Virus record (IMG/VR): IMGVR_UViG_3300006162_000012 | Coordinates: 3,228 to 67,227 of that record | DNA: 64,000 nt | Source of the DNA: a virus | Strand: one strand, 5' to 3' | Shown here: piece by piece, positions 46,672-53,829 of the stretch | Layout: every line of letters begins with the position of its first letter | How positions within the stretch are numbered: position 1 is the first letter of the stretch | Position numbers and translations under genes: made by a program | The notes under the pieces: model-generated | What the model saw: the letters and a program-made list of their open reading frames with translations, nothing else | What the model was told of the DNA's origin: nothing | Database searches by the model: none

Positions 46672-46947
46672 ATGGACACGGATCAAATACTCAAAGAACG
46701 CCAGACGACCCATGGAGACTTCCCCGATGTGGCGGAAGTGAACATAGCGTTAGAGCGCGCCGCCTATTCTGGCGTAAATTGGGACAAATTGCCACCCGTC
46801 GCCAAAATCGCCATCAAGATGATCCTCCACAAAATCGCCCGAGTCGTCAGCGGGAATTGGTCGTTCGACGACCACTGGGCAGACATTATGGGTTATGCGG
46901 GGTTGGTCCGCAAGTATATCGCAGGAGGGTTTAATGCTAAAAGATAA
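46672..46947 (+). CDS. DUF6378-like protein (often near phage nucleotide-modification genes)
   Basis: IL.ER..THGDF, KIAR..SG, DHW.DI.GYA. Confidence 0.75.
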   Translation: MDTDQILKERQTTHGDFPDVAEVNIALERAAYSGVNWDKLPPVAKIAIKMILHKIARVVSGNWSFDDHWADIMGYAGLVRKYIAGGFNAKR

Positions 46948-47086
46948 GCGTAGCGACGGGTGGTCTGACGAGCACCGCAAGAATATGTCTTCAGCGATGA
47001 AGGCCGCGTGGGAGCGGAAAAGAAAAATCAAGGAACAAAAAAAGAGCGCGGTGAAGCCCGTGAAGACCCATCGGGGAGCGAAATAA
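46934..47086 (+). CDS. small basic protein (NUMOD3-like)
   Basis: SDEHRKNMS.AMKAAWERKR. Confidence 0.5.
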   Translation: MLKDKRSDGWSDEHRKNMSSAMKAAWERKRKIKEQKKSAVKPVKTHRGAK

Positions 47087-48336
47087 TGTGCGGCTTCGCG
47101 ATGTCCCTCCTCCCCGACGATCCGTGGCTTATGAAGGCTGCCGCGGCGATCTCCCACCGCGGGACTCTCCCGCCCCGTGTCACTCGGCATTCAGCGTTCG
47201 CGAGGTTGCCGATCGTCGGGAGCTTCGAGCAACCGATCACGATCTTCGACGAGGAATTCTGTTTCGTCGGCGAATTGCTTAATTTTAGAGATTTCACGGA
47301 TGAGCTCGGCGACACGATGCTCGCGTTTAGGACCCTCCGCGACTTCGGCGTCCGCGGGTTCCAAGGGTTCGACGGATTTTGGTCAGTCGCCTACCACCGG
47401 CACGGCCGCATCACGCTGATCGCCGACTACCTCGCCCAGAAGCCGATCTTCTACACGCATTCTCGGGCGTGCAGCGAGCTATGGCCTTTGGTCGAAGAAG
47501 GAGAAGATTTCGACGAGGTTTTTCTTTCTGACGTGATGAAATGGGGCTATTGCCCGGACCAAAGCCGCACGCCGTTCACGAGGATTAAGAAAGTCCTTCC
47601 GGGCCATTCCGTGTCGTTGCCCGAACGCCAGATGGAGCATGCGGATCCAGTTTTCATCGCCGACGACTATTCTCCCGAAGCCCTCAAATACGCTTTTGAA
47701 GAAGCTGTCCGCCTCCGCGTCCAATCGTCAGACGTCCCCGTCGCCTGCCTCCTTTCCGGCGGATATGACTCGTCTTTGGTCTATCGGACTGCGCGGGAAT
47801 ACGGCGACATCGTCCCTTACCACATCGGCCTCACCGGAGAGCTTGGCGTCGCCCAATCTATCGCAGGTCCGTCTCTCCGCGTCGTGCCGACGGCCGCCCC
47901 GCCGACGGATCTTGAGATCCTCCTCTGGATGCAAGAACCTGTCGACCTTGGATCGGTGGAAGCCCAAATCCTCATGGCGGAAGCCGTGAAAGAAAACGTC
48001 TGCCTCGGCGGCGACGGCGCCGATGAATTCTTCGGCGGCTACGGACGGGCTGCACGATATGACAGCCGTTATTCGGACGTGTTCCACGAGCTTGTCTGTT
48101 ACCACCTTCCGCGGCTCGATCGGGTGATGATGCGGAAGGCCGTCGAATACCGGTCTCCCTTCCTTAGCCGAAGGATGGCCCAGCTGGCTTTAGCCGCCCC
48201 TTACGCGCCTAACAAAAAGATCCTTAGGGATATATGGCCCAACGACGTCGAGAAGAAGCCCTTGCGCCCGGCTGGCTTCGACCGCGAGGCCCATAGCATC
48301 CGGCTGGTCAAGCTTTTCCGGGAGATCTGGCTATGA
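47086..48336 (+). CDS. asparagine-synthetase-B-like amidotransferase / amide ligase
   Basis: start MCG (ATG 47086, TAATG overlap); HRG, RL.IV, PP-loop LLSGGYDSS, GDGADEFFGGY, DR..M...E.RSPFL. Confidence 0.88.
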   Translation: MCGFAMSLLPDDPWLMKAAAAISHRGTLPPRVTRHSAFARLPIVGSFEQPITIFDEEFCFVGELLNFRDFTDELGDTMLAFRTLRDFGVRGFQGFDGFWSVAYHRHGRITLIADYLAQKPIFYTHSRACSELWPLVEEGEDFDEVFLSDVMKWGYCPDQSRTPFTRIKKVLPGHSVSLPERQMEHADPVFIADDYSPEALKYAFEEAVRLRVQSSDVPVACLLSGGYDSSLVYRTAREYGDIVPYHIGLTGELGVAQSIAGPSLRVVPTAAPPTDLEILLWMQEPVDLGSVEAQILMAEAVKENVCLGGDGADEFFGGYGRAARYDSRYSDVFHELVCYHLPRLDRVMMRKAVEYRSPFLSRRMAQLALAAPYAPNKKILRDIWPNDVEKKPLRPAGFDREAHSIRLVKLFREIWL

Positions 48337-48569
48337 GCGTCATTAATCGGATGAATATCTCGATTTCGTCTATAGATAAACCTTCGACGATCGACGGTGA
48401 AGTCGTCCATTTCTCGTTCCACGGCGATCATTTCGCCATATGGTTTGTCCCATATAGGCCACGGCGCCAAGTGAAGATCGTCGGCACGGGGGAAACTTAT
48501 AAAGGGCGCCATTTAATCAGCGTTTCATTTGGAGACGCCGCTTGGCATTTAATTGAGGTGCAGGAATGA
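48333..48569 (+). CDS. hypothetical protein
   Basis: 78 aa; ATGA coupling at both ends. Confidence 0.6.
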   Translation: MSVINRMNISISSIDKPSTIDGEVVHFSFHGDHFAIWFVPYRPRRQVKIVGTGETYKGRHLISVSFGDAAWHLIEVQE

Positions 48570-49981
48570 AAAAGAAAGTTGAAGTCCCGCAGCTCACCGC
48601 CGTCGGTGTGACGTCTGGCATAGGGTCGATGCTCCATGGGGCGGCGAAGGCTGGGTTCAAGACGCTCGGGAACATCGAATGGCGGAAGTATTACCACGCC
48701 CGCGACGAACGCGGCCGCAACACGTTCACGGAGAATTTTCCCGGCGCCGTCTTCAAGCACAAATGGTCTGACCTTACGCCGGAAGAGGTCGAACGGCTGA
48801 TGAACCCGACGCTTGCCCTCATGCATTGCGAATGCGGGAATTTTTCGAAATTGAACGGCGCGAACGCCGACCGCCTGGAGGACTTGACTGATCCTGGCGA
48901 CATTCCGATCACGTTCGAGGTCGTGGCGAAGCTCCAACCGAGGTTCTTCGCTGCGGACAATCTTGCTCCTTCTTTCCAAGCGTTCTCGATGCGGGATTAC
49001 GTCGACGCCCTGCCGGATTACGATATTTTTCCTGAAGCGGTTTCGAATTGGGGTTACGGGAATGTGCAGAAAAAACGCGATCGGATGTTCGTTCTTGGCG
49101 CGAAGAAAGAAGAGGGCTTCACCTTCCGGCCTGACGAGCACGCCCATTCTGGCACTGTTCGGTCAGTCCTCGAAGGTTTAGGCGAGCCAGGGAAATCTAA
49201 TTACCCTAACCATGATCCCCACGCTCTTGACGTCATTTCTCCCCGCTCGACGAACATATTGCGCTTAGGAAAATCGGAGAATTGGCGCGTCGTCCGCGAT
49301 TGGTTCGCCGCCCGGCCTCCAGGGACGATAATGGAATATCTGAATAAAGATGGAGAGCTGAAAAAGCGCATCGGTTTCCTCAAAGCTAAATGGGACGGCC
49401 CGTGCAACGTCCTCACCGGCGGCAACGCGACGATCCACCCGATCCGCAATGTCCCCTTCACGATCCGCGAACGCGCCCGCATCCAAGGTTTCGACGACGA
49501 TTTCGTTTTCTACGGGACTAAGCTCGACGAGAAAGGGCAGTGGGTCCACGAAAACAATATGCACATGGTGAAGATGACGGGAAAGGCGATGCCGATCCAG
49601 TTCAATGAATACTTCGCCCGGCAGGTCGCTGCCCATGTCCTTCGGCAGCCTTTCAAAGCGGCAGGGACGCGGCTCCTCAAAAACGACCCGTTCATCGATG
49701 AAGCCAAGACTTGGTTTTGCGACAACGTGGGTTATTCGAAGCAGGAAGCGGCCTGCGGAGCGTGCTGGTTGGCTGAGGAGTGCGAAGTCAGGCGGAGGCG
49801 GTTCGGTTATACCCCTCCTCCTGAAGCGGCCGTCCGCAAGGTTCCTAAGGCCCCTGCCGTGAAAGCCGAAAAGGTTCCGAACGCGCCAAAAGCGCCAAAA
49901 GCGCCCCGCGCCGTAAAGGCGCCTAAAGAAACGATCGCGCCTGCCGGCGCGACGGCTACTACGATGTTGAAATTTGACTGA
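48566..49981 (+). CDS. divergent DNA C5-cytosine methyltransferase homologue (candidate carboxymethyltransferase)
   Basis: motif I VTSGIGS, IV HCECGNFS, VI ADNL, VIII Q..RDRMF, IX RERARIQGF.DDF, X TGKAMP. Confidence 0.82.
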   Translation: MKKKVEVPQLTAVGVTSGIGSMLHGAAKAGFKTLGNIEWRKYYHARDERGRNTFTENFPGAVFKHKWSDLTPEEVERLMNPTLALMHCECGNFSKLNGANADRLEDLTDPGDIPITFEVVAKLQPRFFAADNLAPSFQAFSMRDYVDALPDYDIFPEAVSNWGYGNVQKKRDRMFVLGAKKEEGFTFRPDEHAHSGTVRSVLEGLGEPGKSNYPNHDPHALDVISPRSTNILRLGKSENWRVVRDWFAARPPGTIMEYLNKDGELKKRIGFLKAKWDGPCNVLTGGNATIHPIRNVPFTIRERARIQGFDDDFVFYGTKLDEKGQWVHENNMHMVKMTGKAMPIQFNEYFARQVAAHVLRQPFKAAGTRLLKNDPFIDEAKTWFCDNVGYSKQEAACGACWLAEECEVRRRRFGYTPPPEAAVRKVPKAPAVKAEKVPNAPKAPKAPRAVKAPKETIAPAGATATTMLKFD

Positions 49982-49995
49982 AGGGAGAAGAAAAT

Positions 49996-50892
49996 ATGTC
50001 TATGGGCGATAAAGTTGAGGTTAGGGACGGCGACATACCGGGCGATTATCATTGCGCATGCGCATGGTGCTCGAAAGCCATCGGAGAGCTCCGTCCTTTG
50101 GACGGCTCATACTACAGTCGACTTGAGCGGCGGGCTTATTATTCCCCGACGGAAAAAGGCAAAGGCGGGCACATCGCGAAAACGCCGTTGCATATCGCCC
50201 GTTGGGCGATCCAAGCTTATTCGAAGAAAGGAGACTGGGTCCTGGATCCGACGATCGGCGCCGGGACGACGGCCGTCGAGTCGTTGACTCAAGGGCGAAG
50301 CGTCGCGGGGATGGAGCTTGAATTCGGGCAAATCCTTTCCGATAATATCAAGAAAGCTCTCTCCACGATCCCGAAAGGATCGGCAGAAGCGAAAGTCGCC
50401 CAAGGCGACGCGAGGAACATCGGCGATTTCTTGAAAAAGGTCGACCAGAAGTTCAAGCTGGTCGTCAACAATCCCCCCTATAGCGGCGACAAATCGGTCG
50501 GCACGCTCATCAAGGGAGGACCGCCGCAAATCCTCTACGCTTACGACAAAAAGCTCCCGAACCTGGCTTTCCTAAATGAAGGTCCCGTCTATATCGAAAC
50601 GATGACGGACATCTACAAAGCTTGCGTTTCAGCCCTCCAGCCAGGCGGGCATTTCGTCGTCGGCGTTAAAGACATGATGCGGAAACGCGAACCCTTCCTC
50701 CTTCACCAAATCTATTGCAGGATCCTCGAAGACCTAGGGATGGAATATGTCGGCGCCGCTTTCTTGAAGCATTATCCGGGCACATTGTTCCTGAACACAT
50801 ATTTCACGGCCCGCGGCGTCCACCCGCCTTATTACCAGACGATCGTCGTGTTCAAAAAACCTGGCGGCCGGGCGGCGAAAAAACTTTCCTGA
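49996..50892 (+). CDS. amino-methyltransferase (N4-C/N6-A type) homologue
   Basis: H.AKTP, VLDPTIGAGTT (motif I), GDAR, NNPPY (motif IV). Confidence 0.8.
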   Translation: MSMGDKVEVRDGDIPGDYHCACAWCSKAIGELRPLDGSYYSRLERRAYYSPTEKGKGGHIAKTPLHIARWAIQAYSKKGDWVLDPTIGAGTTAVESLTQGRSVAGMELEFGQILSDNIKKALSTIPKGSAEAKVAQGDARNIGDFLKKVDQKFKLVVNNPPYSGDKSVGTLIKGGPPQILYAYDKKLPNLAFLNEGPVYIETMTDIYKACVSALQPGGHFVVGVKDMMRKREPFLLHQIYCRILEDLGMEYVGAAFLKHYPGTLFLNTYFTARGVHPPYYQTIVVFKKPGGRAAKKLS

Positions 50893-50904
50893 AAATACAG
50901 CAGT

Positions 50905-50930
50905 AAGCGGCGTTAGTCCGCCGCTTGTTT
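50905..50930 (+). terminator. probable terminator after the methyltransferase operon
   Basis: stem AAGCGGCG/CGCCGCTT followed by GTTT. Confidence 0.5.
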
Positions 50931-50935
50931 CCTCC

Positions 50936-50967
50936 GGGGTTTACTTTAAGAGATTAAAGGGTTTACA
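50936..50967 (+). promoter_or_regulatory. phage promoter motif, two tandem copies
   Basis: GGGGTTTACT (50936) and GGGTTTACA (50959) upstream of the ORF at 50988. Confidence 0.55.
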
Positions 50968-50987
50968 AAGATATTCCTGGAGGAAAA

Positions 50988-51488
50988 ATGGTTGAGCTTA
51001 AAAAATTGCCTTTAGCGGAAAGCGCCACGGCGCGGACGATCGAAATAATTAAGACTCTTCCGTCGGGAAGCGTCTTCACAAGCACGACCATCAAAGACAT
51101 CGCCGCGGACGGCGGATGGTCCCTCGACGTAAGCCATATATCTGCAGCGCTTTACCGATGGCGCGGCAAGAAAATGTTCCGATGCATCGGCCATTCGTCC
51201 AACAACCGCAAACGCCTAGTTTACGTCATGGAGGATCCTTCCGTCGTCTTTAAGCTTAACCGCCGGCCGGAGCATGTAGTTGTCCGTCCAAGGCTCGGCG
51301 GTTACCATAAGCATTCAGACGCTCCGAATGTCCTCATCGGAGAATTCGGCTCCTCGAGGATAAACGAGCTTCCTAAGCAAGAAGTTACCGTGGTTCCGCC
51401 TGTCATTCTTGAAGACACACCGTCGTCGATCCTTGACGATTTCCTCCAGCTCCTCGTGCGGTTAGAAAAATTATTGAAGAAGGATTGA
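50988..51488 (+). CDS. hypothetical protein, possibly winged-helix
   Basis: GGAGG RBS; helix-turn-helix-like N-terminal half. Confidence 0.6.
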   Translation: MVELKKLPLAESATARTIEIIKTLPSGSVFTSTTIKDIAADGGWSLDVSHISAALYRWRGKKMFRCIGHSSNNRKRLVYVMEDPSVVFKLNRRPEHVVVRPRLGGYHKHSDAPNVLIGEFGSSRINELPKQEVTVVPPVILEDTPSSILDDFLQLLVRLEKLLKKD

Positions 51489-52276
51489 CGATGTTCAAGA
51501 ACCAAATCACAGCTTTCCGCGGAGCTCTCCTCGAAGCCCCAATCGTTAAGACAGAAAAATGGCAGGGCGTCGAAGCGAACCTTTCGACGAAGGAGATGAC
51601 AAACCAGTTCTTTATCGTCGATCTTAAGGGTGAGGAACGACTCAATGCCTATGCTGACGACATCAAGCCGAACCTTCCGTTCGCGGATAAAGCTTTTGAA
51701 GAGCGCGTCGGCGGGGAGCCTTTGAACCCTGGGACCGCGTGGCTTAGTTGGCCGTGGTCCCGATCGGCGGAAAAATTCAAGCCCTCAGTGTTCGACCATT
51801 CCTACGCAGAGCGTTATTGGCCTAAATTCGCGAACCGAAGCGAAGGAGGGAAATTGCCGGTTTCCTATCCTGAACGCATCCGACGTTACCCGGCGAAAGA
51901 TCCCCGGCCTCGGTGGGGAGCCCGCGGGCCATACGGCGACCTTGAGGATCTTGTGAACCTCCTTGACGACCAGCCCTTCACCCGGCAAGCTTACTTGCCG
52001 ATCTTCTACCCAGAAGATCTCGGCGGCTTGCCGCGGAAGCCTTGCACACTCGGCTATCATTTCCTCCAACGGGATGGGAAGTTCAATGTTTTCTACCTAA
52101 TGAGGAGTTGCGATTTCACAAGGCATTTCCGCGACGACTGCTACCTCACTATCCGTCTTCTTCTCTGGGTGCTCGACCAGCTCCGGATAAGGGACTCGTT
52201 TTGGCTCGGCGTCGTTCCTGGCGATTTTTCCATGTGGATCGGAAGCCTCCACGTTTTTGAAAAGGACCCCCTATGA
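51485..52276 (+). CDS. thymidylate-synthase-family protein, dCMP hydroxymethylase/methylase-like
   Basis: TRQAYLPI, catalytic PC, MRSCD, SLHVF; Asp at the pyrimidine-specificity position; short C-terminus. Confidence 0.82.
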   Translation: MTMFKNQITAFRGALLEAPIVKTEKWQGVEANLSTKEMTNQFFIVDLKGEERLNAYADDIKPNLPFADKAFEERVGGEPLNPGTAWLSWPWSRSAEKFKPSVFDHSYAERYWPKFANRSEGGKLPVSYPERIRRYPAKDPRPRWGARGPYGDLEDLVNLLDDQPFTRQAYLPIFYPEDLGGLPRKPCTLGYHFLQRDGKFNVFYLMRSCDFTRHFRDDCYLTIRLLLWVLDQLRIRDSFWLGVVPGDFSMWIGSLHVFEKDPL

Positions 52277-52644
52277 GCTATTTTCTTGATGTCCGAGATT
52301 TCCATCGAAAATTCGGCCTTCCTTCCGACGGGCCGGCGCGCCGGCTCGACGACGTCGAGCGGATTTTCCGCGAAAAATTCATGGAAGAAGAACTCAAAGA
52401 ATACAAAGAAGCCGACACGAAAGCCGACCAGCTTGACGCCCTCGTGGACCTTTGCTATGTCGCGATCGGGACTGCCGTGATGCAAGGCTTCGACTTCGAT
52501 GAAGCTTGGCGGCGGGTCCACGAAGCGAACATGAAGAAAGTCCGTGTATCGTCCGCTAGCCAAAGCAAGAGAGGGTCGACCCTCGACGTCGTGAAGCCGC
52601 CGGGCTGGACGCCTCCAGATCATTCCGACCTTGTAGGAGAATGA
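52273..52644 (+). CDS. MazG/PRA-PH-like dNTP pyrophosphohydrolase
   Basis: V.DFH.KFG, EEELKE, DALVDLCYV, VHEANM.K, KP.GW.PPD. Confidence 0.85.
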   Translation: MSYFLDVRDFHRKFGLPSDGPARRLDDVERIFREKFMEEELKEYKEADTKADQLDALVDLCYVAIGTAVMQGFDFDEAWRRVHEANMKKVRVSSASQSKRGSTLDVVKPPGWTPPDHSDLVGE

Positions 52645-52645
52645 C

Positions 52646-53074
52646 ATGACTGATTGGATTGTCCGATGGTTCGAGCTGGCTGAGCACATTTCGACCTGGA
52701 GCAAAGATCCTAGGACGAAAGTCGGCGCAGTCCTCGTCGGCGCTGACCGACGGGAGATCGCCGTTGGGTTCAATGGGTTCCCCCGCGGTGTCGAAGACAC
52801 TGAAGAACGCTTGAACAATAGGTCGGTGAAGAACGCCCTCACGCAACATGCAGAGAGGAACGTCCTCGACAACGCCCGCTTCGACGCGAAAGGCGGAACG
52901 CTTGTCGTGACTTTCGCTCCTTGCCATGAATGCGCGAAGTCGATCATCGCCAAAGGCGTCGCCCGCGTGATCTGCCCTCCTAGCAGCCAGGATCCGAAGT
53001 GGCTGGAGAGCTTCGCCCTATCTTCAGAACTTTTCGATGAGGCCGGCGTCGAATTGCTAATTTTTTCAAAATAA
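52646..53074 (+). CDS. dCMP deaminase
   Basis: WSKDP.TKVGA, GFNGFPRG, HAE.N, PCHECAK.II. Confidence 0.92.
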   Translation: MTDWIVRWFELAEHISTWSKDPRTKVGAVLVGADRREIAVGFNGFPRGVEDTEERLNNRSVKNALTQHAERNVLDNARFDAKGGTLVVTFAPCHECAKSIIAKGVARVICPPSSQDPKWLESFALSSELFDEAGVELLIFSK

Positions 53075-53084
53075 GGGGTTTACA
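53075..53084 (+). promoter_or_regulatory. phage promoter motif
   Basis: GGGGTTTACA directly after a stop codon. Confidence 0.5.
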
Positions 53085-53166
53085 GCTCCCTAGGAAGTAT
53101 GGCATAGGATCCTGTGTAACAAGACAGAAAAACGGAAAACCAGAAAACATTAAGCAGGAGAACATC

Positions 53167-53829
53167 ATGCATCCGAAGCCAGACTTTTCAAAGATGAACG
53201 GACAGCAGCTTTTGGACACGTACAATATGTACGCTCCGAAGTCTCGGTCGGCGAAGTTCCAGGATAAACAGGAAGGCGTCGCTCGTTGCGAGGCCGAATG
53301 GGTGAAATGGGACAAGGCCAACCCGAACCACCCAGACCGCGCCAAGAGCTTGGCGCTTACGACGACTACGACCCCGGCCGCGTCGGCCCCGGTCGGACCC
53401 AAAGTGGAGGACAAAAACATGGCGAAGACTGCGACTGCCGCGGCTAAGGCCGCCCCGAAGACGGAAACCAAGAAGACGGCTGCGAAGGCTCCTTCCAAGC
53501 CCAAGACTGCACCGGCCTCGAACAAGGCCAAGGCGAAGGCGGAAAAGCAGAAGGACCGCCCCGAGCGTCGGAAGCCGGAGTCGCTCCAGGGCCGCAATCG
53601 CCGGAGCTACGACATCATCCAGCGCAAGGCGAAGGTCAATCCCCGCCGAGAGGGTTCCCTGTCGCACGACTTCTTCGAGGAAATGGTCGACGGCCGCACC
53701 GTCGGCGAATACCTCGACCAGTTCGACGACTCGGAACGCCGCAACGCTTCGCAGTGGCTCTCGAATTCGATCGCGGAAGGCCACATCACGATCAAATACG
53801 GCGAGCCGCCGGCTGAGTCGGCGAAGTGA
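53167..53829 (+). CDS. Lys/Ala-rich putative DNA-binding protein
   Basis: histone-H1-like KA/P linker; C-terminal NPRREGS...DG.TV.EY domain. Confidence 0.65.
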   Translation: MHPKPDFSKMNGQQLLDTYNMYAPKSRSAKFQDKQEGVARCEAEWVKWDKANPNHPDRAKSLALTTTTTPAASAPVGPKVEDKNMAKTATAAAKAAPKTETKKTAAKAPSKPKTAPASNKAKAKAEKQKDRPERRKPESLQGRNRRSYDIIQRKAKVNPRREGSLSHDFFEEMVDGRTVGEYLDQFDDSERRNASQWLSNSIAEGHITIKYGEPPAESAK

